This document shows, piece by piece, positions 36,480 through 47,313 of a stretch of DNA of 64,000 nt (positions are counted from its first letter, which is position 1; the number at the start of each line of letters is the position of its first letter). The translations under genes were made by a program, and so were the position numbers. A model generated the notes under the pieces. The model ran no database searches. It was not told the DNA's origin and was given only the letters and a program-made list of their open reading frames with translations. This DNA is from Calditrichaceae bacterium. Lineage in GTDB: Bacteria; Calditrichota; Calditrichia; Calditrichales; JBFXGD01. The stretch spans positions 103,861 through 167,860 of the forward strand of contig JBFXLE010000009.1 in NCBI GenBank assembly GCA_050173015.1, given 5' to 3'.

Positions 36480-36899
36480 ATGAAAAGGGTGTTGGTGCTT
36501 GGAACGGATAATGCCTGCATCAGCCAGATGATGGCCGCACTTCTGAAACATATTACTTTTAATCGTGTAGAAGTTGCTAGCGCAGGTGTAACACCAAAAA
36601 AAATTGACAAGACTTTGATTAAGGTATTGCAGGAAATAGGAATAGATCTTTCAAAAGAAAAATCAAAAATGTTTAATGAATTTGTGCATAACCGATTTGA
36701 GATAATAATTTCTACATCCGAAGAATCACGACCGCTTGTAGATCATTTTGTGGGCAGCATCACCAAAATTCATAAAGAGTTTGATGATCCGAGATATTTT
36801 AAGGGGAACTCACTTGAAAAAACCAATGAGTTTAGGAGACTTCGGGATGAAATGAATGAATGGTTAAACGATTTTGTTTCGAGACACCGGTTGGTTTAA
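36480..36899 (+). CDS. LMW-PTP/ArsC-fold protein with a degenerate active site
   Basis: VLVLGTDNACISQM, VASAG, DDP. Confidence 0.75.
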   Translation: MKRVLVLGTDNACISQMMAALLKHITFNRVEVASAGVTPKKIDKTLIKVLQEIGIDLSKEKSKMFNEFVHNRFEIIISTSEESRPLVDHFVGSITKIHKEFDDPRYFKGNSLEKTNEFRRLRDEMNEWLNDFVSRHRLV

Positions 36900-37039
36900 C
36901 CCATTAATAATTTAAAATTAATTGGAATATTATCTGAACTTTTGATAAAATTTGTAGTTTAGAACAGAATTGTTTTTGGTTATCTCGAACTTCAAAAAAC
37001 TTCTGAGATTGAATTTCCTGTAATTTTCTGGAGGCGACA

Positions 37040-38566
37040 ATGAGTTTTCGTTTTGGTAGCGGATTGCGGACCGCGATAATTTATACTTTTCTATTCATTT
37101 TACCAGTTTTGGCAAATAATCCCGATAACGTCGCCGCATCGGCGGAAGGTGACACCGTTCAAGCGAATGCAGTGATAGAACATTCCACGGATGGACATTC
37201 GGAAGGCCCCGCATTAGGTGAACAATTGGCTTTATGGACAACGATACCATTTATTGGGATTCTGCTCTCAATCGCCTTGTTTCCATTAATCGCGCCGCAT
37301 TTTTGGCATAAACATTTCCCAAAAGTCTCAGCATTTTGGGCGCTGCTGTTTGCAATCCCATTTTTGATCGCGTATAAGGATCAAGCCATCTATCAAATCC
37401 TGCACATATATTTACTGGATTACATTCCTTTTATCATATTGCTGTGGGGATTATTTACCGTCTCGGGTGGCATTCTTGTCAAAGGTACCCTTAAAGGCAC
37501 GCCCGTTGTCAATGTATTATTGATTCTCATAGGCACACTTCTCTCATCCTGGATCGGAACAACAGGATCGGCAATGGTCATGATCAGACCTCTGATACGC
37601 GCGAACGAGCATAGAAAACACAAGGTTCACCTTATCGTGTTTTTTATCTTTCTTGTCGCCAATATTGGTGGATCGTTAACACCTCTTGGTGATCCGCCGC
37701 TCTTTCTGGGATTTTTGCATGGAGTCAGTTTCTTCTGGACGTTCAATCTCTTCCCGGATATGATGGTCGCGTCGGGTATCTTGTTAATTCTTCTGTACGC
37801 GTTTGACACCTACTATTACCGGAAAGAAAAGAATTTACCCACAGATCCGGAAGAAAAATCTCCGATTCGAATCGAAGGAGCATATAATTTTCTGATGCTT
37901 GGGGGAATTATTGCCGGTGTTTTGTTCAGCGGATTTGTCCACCTGCCACATGTAAATGTATTTGGCGTTCATATGGCGCTTCAGGGTATTGTAAGAGATG
38001 TCTGGATTATTTTTATGGGACTGCTTTCCCTTAAATTGACTTCAAAAGATATCCGTGAAGGTAACGGATTCAGTTGGTTTCCCATTCAGGAAGTCGCTTA
38101 TCTCTTTGCCGGTATTTTTATGACGATCATTCCGGCGCTGGCTATTCTGCAGGCCGGAGATAAGGGAGCGTTTGCTGCTTTGGTAAATGCTGTAAAAGAG
38201 CCGTCTCATTATTTCTGGGTCACAGGCGGCCTTTCGAGTTTTCTCGATAACGCACCGACATATCTCACGTTTTTTAATAGCGCCCTGGGAAAACTTGGCC
38301 TTACTGAGATGCAGATAAGGGAAGCCTTTATTGCCGGAGACGTGACCGCCAAATTCCCGGAATTTATTTCCTATCTTAAAGCAATTTCTGTTGGCGCCGT
38401 ATTTATGGGAGCCAATACATATATAGGAAACGCTCCGAATTTTATGGTGAAATCCATTGCGGAAGAATCCGGCATATCAATGCCGAGCTTCTTTGGATAT
38501 ATTCTCAAATATTCCCTACCTATCCTGATTCCGGTATTTATTATCATTACGATAATATTCTTCTAG
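37040..38566 (+). CDS. Ion-transporter superfamily (NhaD/ArsB-like) Na+/H+ antiporter
   Basis: ANIGGSLTPLGDPP, SSFLDNAPT, TYIGNAPN; many TM helices. Confidence 0.85.
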   Translation: MSFRFGSGLRTAIIYTFLFILPVLANNPDNVAASAEGDTVQANAVIEHSTDGHSEGPALGEQLALWTTIPFIGILLSIALFPLIAPHFWHKHFPKVSAFWALLFAIPFLIAYKDQAIYQILHIYLLDYIPFIILLWGLFTVSGGILVKGTLKGTPVVNVLLILIGTLLSSWIGTTGSAMVMIRPLIRANEHRKHKVHLIVFFIFLVANIGGSLTPLGDPPLFLGFLHGVSFFWTFNLFPDMMVASGILLILLYAFDTYYYRKEKNLPTDPEEKSPIRIEGAYNFLMLGGIIAGVLFSGFVHLPHVNVFGVHMALQGIVRDVWIIFMGLLSLKLTSKDIREGNGFSWFPIQEVAYLFAGIFMTIIPALAILQAGDKGAFAALVNAVKEPSHYFWVTGGLSSFLDNAPTYLTFFNSALGKLGLTEMQIREAFIAGDVTAKFPEFISYLKAISVGAVFMGANTYIGNAPNFMVKSIAEESGISMPSFFGYILKYSLPILIPVFIIITIIFF

Positions 38567-38695
38567 ATTTATTAAGGCGGATTGATGAAAATCAATCCGC
38601 TTTTTCCTACTTTCGATTTTCATTGCATTGCTATTTTATTTATATTTCACGTGGTTTCGAAAAGCGAATCCCGCAAACACAATTTTATTACAGGC

Positions 38696-40525
38696 ATGGA
38701 TATGATTTCAGATCAGAAAGAAGTCAGAAATAAAATAAAAATTCTCCCGCAGAATTTAGCAAATAAAATAGCTGCCGGCGAAGTCGTTGAGCGTCCCGCC
38801 TCAGTCGTGAAAGAACTTGTCGAGAACGCCATTGATGCCGGTGCGACAAAGATATCAGTTGTCATTGAAACGGGTGGAAAAAAGCTCATTCAGATTATTG
38901 ATAACGGCAGCGGTATGAGCGTATCCGATTTAACACTGGCATTTGAGCGCCATGCAACCAGTAAAATTCAGGATGAATCGGATCTTGGCCATATATTGAC
39001 TCTTGGCTTTCGCGGAGAAGCTCTTCCCAGTATCGCCTCTGTTTCTCAGATTGAGATAAAAACACGCCGCAAAGAAGACAATATGGGAAGCGTTTTTACA
39101 CTGAACGGCGGGAGAGATGGACAGATGAAAAAAATTGCAGCGAATGTCGGCACCGGCATCTCTGTAAAAAATCTGTTTTTCAATACGCCGGCCAGAAGAA
39201 ATTTTCTTCGCGCCGACAGTACGGAGAATCAGCAGATATTGATTGTCTTAAAAAGGTTTTTTTTAGCTTATCCTGACATCGCGTTTGATGTAGTTATTGA
39301 TGACAAGCAGTTGTTTGATCTGAAAAGCGGCATGATTGATCAGCGGGTCAGGGATATTTTCGGCGATCAGATTTTTCCCGGATTGATTCCTTTGTCTGCA
39401 AGTGTCGGCGGCATCGAATTGACGGGATTTATAAGCCGTCCGGATGTGGTGAGGCGGTCAAGAGGAAACCAGCATCTGTATCTGAATGGCAGGCCCATTC
39501 AGGATAAAAGCCTTAACCATGCTGTTTTTCAGGGATACGCTAACCTGATTTCACCGGGAGAGTACCCCATTTATGTGCTTTTTCTTGAAATAGACCCGGG
39601 CATGGTGGATGTAAATGTCCATCCCACGAAAATGGAAGTCCGTTTTTCCAATGACAGAAGTTTGTACTATTTCTTTATGAGTACGGTAAAGAACGCTCTG
39701 AATAAAGAGGGGGTCATTCCCGAACTGAATGAAGGATTGACGGGGAGCGCTATTCAAAAATCTCTGCAGGATTCGTCTTTCCCGACTGAAAACAAGCCCA
39801 GGGATATCATTGATGAATTAAAGACAAAAAACCGTTCCATGGCCAGGTATTCAGGCGATCAATTGAGCCTGACATACTTCAAACCGGATGTTAAAAAAGA
39901 CGAGAATGAACAAAAGAATAACTGGGCGCCGGACAAGATTACTTTAGACAATGTCGATGTTACCTTCTGGCAAATACACAGACGATATATTGTTTCTGAG
40001 ATTAAAAGCGGTCTCGTAATAATAGATCAGCATGTGGCGCACGAGAGAATTCTTTTTGAACGTATCATGCATGTATTGAGGGAAGGCGGTCAGTCATTTG
40101 GACAAAAATTGCTCTTTCCACAAAAAATAACACTGGCGTATGATGATTTTATGGTATTTAAAGACATATATCAGGTGTTGAATAAAATAGGTTTTAGTAT
40201 AAAAGTCTTTAGCGGCACGACTATTGTAATCGAAGCAATGCCGGCTGACGTTAAAGTGGGTAGAGAATCTCAGATATTATTGGATATCATCGATTATTAC
40301 CGGAATGAGCCTCTCCGGGATTTTGATCAGTATGAAAAAATCGGCGCTGCTTTTGCCTGTAAAAATGCCATAAAATCAGGCGAAGTTTTGTCTAAAGTTG
40401 AAATGCATAATATGGTGGATCAATTGTTTGCCTGCGAAACCCCGTTTTTTTGCCCGCATGGCCGGCCGGTGATCATTACGATAGACACCGAAGAACTGGA
40501 TCGCAAATTTAAGCGGATTCCTTAG
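38696..40525 (+). CDS. mutL: DNA mismatch repair protein MutL
   Basis: IAAGEVVERP, GFRGEAL, DVNVHP, DQHVAHERILFE, CPHGRP. Confidence 0.97.
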   Translation: MDMISDQKEVRNKIKILPQNLANKIAAGEVVERPASVVKELVENAIDAGATKISVVIETGGKKLIQIIDNGSGMSVSDLTLAFERHATSKIQDESDLGHILTLGFRGEALPSIASVSQIEIKTRRKEDNMGSVFTLNGGRDGQMKKIAANVGTGISVKNLFFNTPARRNFLRADSTENQQILIVLKRFFLAYPDIAFDVVIDDKQLFDLKSGMIDQRVRDIFGDQIFPGLIPLSASVGGIELTGFISRPDVVRRSRGNQHLYLNGRPIQDKSLNHAVFQGYANLISPGEYPIYVLFLEIDPGMVDVNVHPTKMEVRFSNDRSLYYFFMSTVKNALNKEGVIPELNEGLTGSAIQKSLQDSSFPTENKPRDIIDELKTKNRSMARYSGDQLSLTYFKPDVKKDENEQKNNWAPDKITLDNVDVTFWQIHRRYIVSEIKSGLVIIDQHVAHERILFERIMHVLREGGQSFGQKLLFPQKITLAYDDFMVFKDIYQVLNKIGFSIKVFSGTTIVIEAMPADVKVGRESQILLDIIDYYRNEPLRDFDQYEKIGAAFACKNAIKSGEVLSKVEMHNMVDQLFACETPFFCPHGRPVIITIDTEELDRKFKRIP

Positions 40526-40527
40526 CG

Positions 40528-41475
40528 ATGGAAAAAATTGTTCCGTTTATAGTTGGTCCGACAGGAGTGGGGAAAACCGGACTTTCAGTATTGCTTGCGG
40601 ATCGTTTGCCAGTCGAGATCGTTTCGGCCGATTCGCGTCAAATTTACAGATATATGAATATTGGTACCGCAAAACCGGGCGAAGATATATTAAAAAGAAT
40701 TCCGCATCATTTTATTGACACACTGGATCCTGAAGACTATTATAGCTCCGGCATGTATTCTGATGAAGCCAGAAAAGTCATCGATGAGATTTTTGACCGG
40801 GGAAAACTGCCGGTAGTGGTGGGAGGGTCCGGTTTTTACATTAATTCGCTTATGGACGGCATCTGCAAACTGGACGCGCGGGATGAAAAAGTGCGCGTAT
40901 CACTCAGGCATCGGATCATGCAGGAAGGCGTTCATGCCTTATATGAAGAACTGGCGGGAATAGACCCTGATTTTGCGCGATCCATCACTCCATCAGACCG
41001 GCAAAGAATTATCCGAGGATTGGAAGTTTTCATTGTTACCGGAAAAAAACTTTCGGAATGGCATGAAGACGATGGCGAGGCGGCCGGTTTCAAGCCGATG
41101 ATCATTGGTCTCCATACAGACAGAAAACTTTTATACGAAAGAATAAACAATCGGGTGGATCAAATGATGGAGGATGGTCTGATTGTTGAAGTTACGCGCC
41201 TTGAAAAAATGGGATACGGTCCGGAATTAAATTCATTGAATACGGTTGGCTACAAAGAAGTATTTCAATATTTTCAGAATGAGATTACCTTAGAGGAAAT
41301 GATAGAATTAATTAAGCGCAATACGAGACACTATTCCAAGCGGCAAATGACCTGGTTTAAAAAAGATGATCGGATTTCCTGGAAAGAAATATGGGATGAG
41401 AATTCTGTCAAAAGCCTTTCTGAAGAGCTGATACCGATACTGGAATCGATCTTAGAACAAAATAATAAAGAATAA
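40528..41475 (+). CDS. miaA: tRNA dimethylallyltransferase
   Basis: GPTGVGKT, DSRQIY, IGTAKP, KRQMTWF; follows mutL. Confidence 0.97.
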   Translation: MEKIVPFIVGPTGVGKTGLSVLLADRLPVEIVSADSRQIYRYMNIGTAKPGEDILKRIPHHFIDTLDPEDYYSSGMYSDEARKVIDEIFDRGKLPVVVGGSGFYINSLMDGICKLDARDEKVRVSLRHRIMQEGVHALYEELAGIDPDFARSITPSDRQRIIRGLEVFIVTGKKLSEWHEDDGEAAGFKPMIIGLHTDRKLLYERINNRVDQMMEDGLIVEVTRLEKMGYGPELNSLNTVGYKEVFQYFQNEITLEEMIELIKRNTRHYSKRQMTWFKKDDRISWKEIWDENSVKSLSEELIPILESILEQNNKE

Positions 41476-41548
41476 TTACAGAAAATAGCAAACACAATAA
41501 ATCAATCCCGATCATAATAACGTGATCGTAAAAATACGAGAAATAGAT

Positions 41549-42958
41549 ATGAAATTAAATAATTTAATCCGCATATCCATCGGCTTGATGGCAGCCCTTT
41601 CGTTTGGACACGCGAATGAACCGCTCAGTTCCGGAATGCGAGGAAATGTATTTAACAGCGCTTATCTCTCTGCTGACAGCCTGGAACAGATCGCTCTGCC
41701 GGAGAACAGCGATGACTACGGCCAAAGTGAAACAAAAAAATCAAAAATGAGCATTACCGCTCTTCCGTTTGGTGTTTACAGTGAAATATTTAAATGGGGG
41801 GTTGGAGCTTTTGTTGGGATTCAGGGACTCTCACAGGAAAATATGTCTCTTTATATGGGGGGACTGATCAGCACCAATGATACCCGCTATGGTTTTATAC
41901 AATTCAGGGAATTTTATCTGCCGTTTTTTCCGAGACTGTATTTTGAACCGGATATCCTTGGAGGCTATTTTGGTATTCTGAAAATGTACAGAGACATGCC
42001 CGGCATGTTTCCGGATGCTGAGGCCAGGCCCGGAAGTAATGAATCAGATGAAGATGACTATATGGAAGTCAGCGGATCTGATCAATGGTATGAATTCAAT
42101 ATTCGCTATCTTCTTCCCATCGGGCATGGTAAAGAGAAAGCGCGTTTTCATCCTATCTTGAAAAACGGTATTTTGGTGTCAGGTGAAACCGGAGGAACGC
42201 ACTGGAATCCGCTGAAAAGCGGACGCACTTTTATCGATTTGATGCCCTTTTACAGAAAACGGATTTCATTCGCCACAACCGGTCTTGAATTCGCTTTGAC
42301 ACATGAGAATATGGATTTTTTCAATAATCCTACCAGGGGTAGTTACAAAAAGTTCGCGCTCCGGAGGGACTGGGGAGCGTTTGATAGCTCAGCGCCATGG
42401 ACAGTGGTAGAAACCGACTGGAGATGGTATCTTCCGTTGAATGAGATCCTTTTCGGTTACAGCCAGGACGACCCCTCTAAGCCTTTACCGCGTGTGCTTG
42501 CCCTGAACTTCTGGACTATTCAGACATTAACCTGGGATGCCTGGCATATAGACGGCACTAATCCGGATGGATCGCCAAAAGTAGTATATCACCGTCCGCC
42601 ATCATATACGGGCGCCTATCTCGGTGGCCGTTACCGTATGCGGGCATTTTATGAAGGACGATTTAATGACCGGGCGGCAATTTACTACGGAGCGGAATAC
42701 CGGCAAATTATTAAATGGAATCCATTCAATTCATGGTCATTAACGAGAAAATTAAAGATACAGTGGGTCCAGCTTGCCGCGTTCGGAGAGCTGGGGAGAG
42801 TCGCGCCGGAATGGAAACCATCTACTCTGCATGAGGATATGAAATGGAGCGCCGGCGGCGGTTTCCGGATAATGATGAACAATCTTGTGCTTAGAGTTGA
42901 CGCCGGGATAAGCAGGGAAGGTCTTCTGACACAGATGTATGTGGATCATGCATTCTAA
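41549..42958 (+). CDS. Omp85/BamA-TamA-like outer-membrane beta-barrel protein
   Basis: Signal peptide, LGGRYRMRAFYEGRF (VRGF-like loop), C-terminal Phe. Confidence 0.7.
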   Translation: MKLNNLIRISIGLMAALSFGHANEPLSSGMRGNVFNSAYLSADSLEQIALPENSDDYGQSETKKSKMSITALPFGVYSEIFKWGVGAFVGIQGLSQENMSLYMGGLISTNDTRYGFIQFREFYLPFFPRLYFEPDILGGYFGILKMYRDMPGMFPDAEARPGSNESDEDDYMEVSGSDQWYEFNIRYLLPIGHGKEKARFHPILKNGILVSGETGGTHWNPLKSGRTFIDLMPFYRKRISFATTGLEFALTHENMDFFNNPTRGSYKKFALRRDWGAFDSSAPWTVVETDWRWYLPLNEILFGYSQDDPSKPLPRVLALNFWTIQTLTWDAWHIDGTNPDGSPKVVYHRPPSYTGAYLGGRYRMRAFYEGRFNDRAAIYYGAEYRQIIKWNPFNSWSLTRKLKIQWVQLAAFGELGRVAPEWKPSTLHEDMKWSAGGGFRIMMNNLVLRVDAGISREGLLTQMYVDHAF

Positions 42959-42978
42959 AATAAGGATATGGTATTGAG

Positions 42979-44406
42979 ATGAATAAATCACACTTTATGG
43001 AAAAAAGAGCCAAAATGGTCTGTACCATTGGACCGGCGAGTCAGTCAGAGGAAATAATGACACAACTGATTATGGCCGGTATGGATGTGGCGCGTTTAAA
43101 TTTTTCGCACGGAACTCACGATGAACACCTGAAAAGTATTGAAATGATCCGTCGGGTATCCGATAAACTCAATAAACCAATTGCCATTTTACAGGACCTT
43201 CAGGGGCCTAAAATAAGAATCGGGAAATTTAGCGATGGACCGGTTACTATCCAGCAGGGTGATGAATTCACTATATCTACCAAGGATCGGCCGGGTGATT
43301 CAAAAGGTGTCAGTACAACCTACAAAAATCTCTCCAATGATGTGTCCGCGGGTGACACTATTCTTATCAATGATGGATTGATAAAGCTCAATGTTAAAGA
43401 AAAAAACGAAACCGATGTAATATGTATCGTAGTTAACGGCGGTGTCTTGTATGATCATAAGGGTATCAATCTTCCCGGTGTTAAGATATCGGAACCATCT
43501 TTGACGAAGAAAGATGAGAAGGATCTGAAATTTGGGCTTGAACACGGTATTGATTATGTGGCGTTATCCTTTGTGCGGAATGCGGAAATTCTTCGGGAAA
43601 TCAAAAGGAAAATGGGAAATAATGTCATTCCCGTAGTCGCGAAGCTGGAAAAACCGGAAGCTCTCGAAAATCTGGATGAAATTATTGAAGAAGCAGATGT
43701 GATAATGGTCGCGAGGGGTGATCTTGGGGTTGAGATTTTACCTGAGAAAGTACCTGTCGTCCAGAAACAAATCATCGAAAAGTGCAGATCAGCGGGAGTA
43801 CCGGTGATCACGGCGACACAAATGCTCGATTCCATGATGGTAAATCCGGTTCCTACACGCGCTGAGGCATCAGATGTGGCAAATGCCATATTTGATGGTT
43901 CGGATGCAGTGATGCTGTCCGGTGAAACCGCATTCGGAAAATATCCTGTTGAATCAGTGCAGATGATGCACCGCATTATCTGTGAAGCGGAGAAGGGGAA
44001 ATACTTTCGTCTGAATAGTGATATTCTTCAGCGAGAGAAGCCGGATTCATTTTCGGAATCGATCTGCCATTCCGCGGCGGTCAGCGCCCGCGATATTAAT
44101 GCCCGATACATTGTGGTTTTTACCGAGAGCGGATATACGGCAAAAATCATGTCAAAATTCCGGCCGTGCGTTCCTGTCCTGGCCTTAACGCGTCATTCGA
44201 AAACCTTGAGACGTCTGGCTTTATATTGGGGAACGGTACCGCTGCATATGGACAAAAAGGTGGAAGTGAAACAGGGGCTTGAAAATCTGGAAAACCGTCT
44301 TTCTCAGGATAATTTAATAAGTAGTGATGACACACTGGTAATTATCGCGGGTTCTATGATGGAAGAGGGTGGCACAAATATGATGCGTCTCCATCGAGTG
44401 AAATAA
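42979..44406 (+). CDS. pyk: Pyruvate kinase
   Basis: CTIGPAS, RLNFSHG, DLQGPKIR, MVARGDLGVE, MLSGETA. Confidence 0.97.
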   Translation: MNKSHFMEKRAKMVCTIGPASQSEEIMTQLIMAGMDVARLNFSHGTHDEHLKSIEMIRRVSDKLNKPIAILQDLQGPKIRIGKFSDGPVTIQQGDEFTISTKDRPGDSKGVSTTYKNLSNDVSAGDTILINDGLIKLNVKEKNETDVICIVVNGGVLYDHKGINLPGVKISEPSLTKKDEKDLKFGLEHGIDYVALSFVRNAEILREIKRKMGNNVIPVVAKLEKPEALENLDEIIEEADVIMVARGDLGVEILPEKVPVVQKQIIEKCRSAGVPVITATQMLDSMMVNPVPTRAEASDVANAIFDGSDAVMLSGETAFGKYPVESVQMMHRIICEAEKGKYFRLNSDILQREKPDSFSESICHSAAVSARDINARYIVVFTESGYTAKIMSKFRPCVPVLALTRHSKTLRRLALYWGTVPLHMDKKVEVKQGLENLENRLSQDNLISSDDTLVIIAGSMMEEGGTNMMRLHRVK

Positions 44407-44420
44407 ATGATTTGTACATC

Positions 44421-45431
44421 ATGAGCAATAAATTTAAGAAACTGTTTTTTATTGATAATATGGATCAAATGGATCCTGCGGTTAATCTTGCCATCGAGGA
44501 ATTTTCTGTCAGGAACCTGAGTATTGAAAATGATTACTTTTTTGTTTATCGAAATAACCCTTCCGTTATTGTAGGCAGACATCAGAATATTTTTGAGGAA
44601 GTCGATCAAAAGTATGCCCGGTTGACTAAAACTCCTGTATTTAGAAGAATTTCAGGCGGAGGCACGGTCTATCACGACCCGGGAAATATTAATTTCACAT
44701 ATATAACCCGCCACACTTTCGAAAAATTTAATAATTATCGTATGTTTATAACGCCGGTGATCCGCTCATTGAAAGAGATGTCCGTCCCGGCCGTTTTAAA
44801 CAACAGAAACGATATTATGGTTGAAAATAAAAAGGTATCAGGAAACGCGCAGTTTACCAGCAGGGACCGCATGATGAGTCATGGGACTCTATTGTTCGAT
44901 ACGGATTTAGCGCGTCTTCGGAAAGCGTTAAAAAAAACTGACGGCGAAATAGAATCAAAGAGTACAAAATCCGTTCGAAGCTCGGTTACTAATATTCGGG
45001 AATATTTTAGTCAAAAAATCGATATAAATACATTTACGCGACTATTGATAAATAATGTCTCAAGCGAATGGCATGACTTTTCAATATATAAGTTTGATGA
45101 CGCGCAATGGGATGAGATTTACCGACTGGCCAGGAATAAATATGATTCCTGGGACTGGAATTACGGTCAATCTCCAAAATTTAAAATAAAGAAATGTGAT
45201 TACATCTCGGGAACACAGATTAAAGCAGAACTTGAGATACTGAACGGAATAATTCATAGTTGTTTGTTAATATCTTCCGCTGACCAAATGGCTGATATGA
45301 ATGAACTGGGACAACTTTTTAACGGTCACAGATATTATTATGACGATATCTGGCATCTGTTAAGCGGTGTCGATTTAAAGCACTACTTTAAGAATGTGAC
45401 AAATATTGAATTTATCAATTTGCTATGTTAG
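44421..45431 (+). CDS. lplA: Lipoate-protein ligase A
   Basis: RRISGGGTVYHD, KVSGNAQ, HGTLL. Confidence 0.92.
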   Translation: MSNKFKKLFFIDNMDQMDPAVNLAIEEFSVRNLSIENDYFFVYRNNPSVIVGRHQNIFEEVDQKYARLTKTPVFRRISGGGTVYHDPGNINFTYITRHTFEKFNNYRMFITPVIRSLKEMSVPAVLNNRNDIMVENKKVSGNAQFTSRDRMMSHGTLLFDTDLARLRKALKKTDGEIESKSTKSVRSSVTNIREYFSQKIDINTFTRLLINNVSSEWHDFSIYKFDDAQWDEIYRLARNKYDSWDWNYGQSPKFKIKKCDYISGTQIKAELEILNGIIHSCLLISSADQMADMNELGQLFNGHRYYYDDIWHLLSGVDLKHYFKNVTNIEFINLLC

Positions 45432-45455
45432 GATCCATAATACAGAAGGTGTGGA

Positions 45456-46208
45456 ATGAGACCATTGGCAATCATTACAGGCGCGGGCTCCGGCATAGGA
45501 AAAGCGCTCACTCTTCGTCTTGCGGAAAAAAATGTGGATGTGATCGCGGTGGGCAGGAGAATATCAAAACTTGAGTCAACTCAAAAGGAAAATCCGGCGC
45601 GAATAAAAATTGTACAGGCGGATGTGGGTAACGATGATGGCCGTGAAAAAATTGTCAAAGCCATTCCTTCAGGTCAGACGTTAAAATATCTTGTCCATAA
45701 CGCGGCGGTGTTGGATCCGGTCATTCCTCTTAGCAGAATCAATATTAATGACTGGAGAATTCATCAGGCGATTAATGTGGAGGGGCCGCTATTTCTCACA
45801 CAAAAACTATTACCATCCATTAACGGCGGAAGAATCTTACATATATCATCAGGGGCGGCGCATCATCCTTACTCCGGCTGGGGAGCATACAGTACGTCCA
45901 AAGCGGCTCTTTATATGTTGTATCTTGTATTACGCGAGGAACTTAAGGACTCTGATATTCGAATAGGCAGTATTCGCCCCGGTGTGGTTGATACGCCGAT
46001 GCAGGATAAAATCAGGGAAGTTCCTGAATCCGATTTCCCGGCATTACAAAAATTTATCAATCTCAAAGAGCAAAATAAGTTGAGCGCGCCATCGATTGTC
46101 GCCAAATTCATATCATGGATTCTTTTGGAAACAGCGGATGACGAATTTTCAGCGCGGGAATGGGATATCCGGGATGAATCGCATCAGGAATTCTGGATGG
46201 AAGATTAG
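45456..46208 (+). CDS. Short-chain dehydrogenase (sepiapterin/benzil reductase-like)
   Basis: TGAGSGIG, YSTSK, PGVVDTPMQ. Confidence 0.88.
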   Translation: MRPLAIITGAGSGIGKALTLRLAEKNVDVIAVGRRISKLESTQKENPARIKIVQADVGNDDGREKIVKAIPSGQTLKYLVHNAAVLDPVIPLSRININDWRIHQAINVEGPLFLTQKLLPSINGGRILHISSGAAHHPYSGWGAYSTSKAALYMLYLVLREELKDSDIRIGSIRPGVVDTPMQDKIREVPESDFPALQKFINLKEQNKLSAPSIVAKFISWILLETADDEFSAREWDIRDESHQEFWMED

Positions 46209-46240
46209 AAATCTTATTCATTAAAACAACCGGGAGAGAA

Positions 46241-46714
46241 ATGAAATACTGGCTGCTTAAAACGGAACCTAACGCGTTTTCATGGTCTGATTTAAGAAAC
46301 GAAACAGACTTGTCAACATCCTGGGAGGGTGTTCGTAATTATCAGGCGCGGAATTATATCCGCGATGATATGAAAAAGGGTGATTTGGCATTTATTTATC
46401 ATAGTGTTGTTAAACCAATGGCCATTATGGGGATTTCTAAAATAATTAAAGAAGCGTATCCTGACCATTTTGCTTTTGATCCGGGGCATAAGTATTTCGA
46501 TCCAAAAAGCAAACCGGAAAATCCGGCCTGGATGATGGTTGACATCCGGGCATACAAGGAATTTGAGTCACCCGTTACACTGGATGAATTAAAAACCATC
46601 CCGGGTTTGGAAGACATGGTATTGCTGCAAAAAGGCAGCCGGTTATCCGTACAGCCCGTCTCCGAAAAGGAATGGAATATAATCATTTCCATCAGAAAAT
46701 TACTTGATCTCTGA
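46241..46714 (+). CDS. EVE domain protein
   Basis: YWLLKTEP, WEGVRNYQARN, SRLSVQPV. Confidence 0.92.
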   Translation: MKYWLLKTEPNAFSWSDLRNETDLSTSWEGVRNYQARNYIRDDMKKGDLAFIYHSVVKPMAIMGISKIIKEAYPDHFAFDPGHKYFDPKSKPENPAWMMVDIRAYKEFESPVTLDELKTIPGLEDMVLLQKGSRLSVQPVSEKEWNIIISIRKLLDL

Positions 46715-46785
46715 GAATTATTTTTAGGATCAGGTTTTGATATTAAATGAGACAATCAATTTTATCTGTGATCTGAAAGGTTTTT

Positions 46786-47313
46786 ATGGGGGAAGAGTTT
46801 CGTAAGGTTGAAGCATCGTCAAAAAAAGACATATACGATTTACTGGTAAGGCAAGTAAAAAGTCTGCTGGAAAGCGAAAGGGATTTAATCGCCAATATGG
46901 CGAATATTTCCTCTGTCCTTTATCATACTTTATCAGATATAAACTGGGCCGGATTTTATCTGCTGAAAGATAATCAGCTTGTTCTCGGACCATTTCAGGG
47001 GCTGCCCGCCTGTGTCCGGCTGCCGATGGGCGGGGGAGTGTGCGGTAAAAGCGCGGAAAGCGGGAAGACGGTTATTGTACCGAATGTGCATGAATTTGAA
47101 GGCCATATAGCCTGTGACAGCGCGTCAAATTCGGAAATTGTCGTGCCCGTCATCTCGGAAAAGGGATTGTTCGGGGTACTGGATTTGGATAGCCCGAAGA
47201 TTGCCACCTTTGATGAAACAGATAAAACGGGTCTTGAGGAAATTATATCTGTTTTTATACGTCATACGGATTTTGGAGGAAGAAAAAATCTTACTACCCG
47301 GAAGTCTAAATGA
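46786..47313 (+). CDS. msrC: GAF-domain free methionine-R-sulfoxide reductase
   Basis: NWAGFY, LGPFQG, GVCG, HIACD, SEIVVP, LDLDS. Confidence 0.88.
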   Translation: MGEEFRKVEASSKKDIYDLLVRQVKSLLESERDLIANMANISSVLYHTLSDINWAGFYLLKDNQLVLGPFQGLPACVRLPMGGGVCGKSAESGKTVIVPNVHEFEGHIACDSASNSEIVVPVISEKGLFGVLDLDSPKIATFDETDKTGLEEIISVFIRHTDFGGRKNLTTRKSK

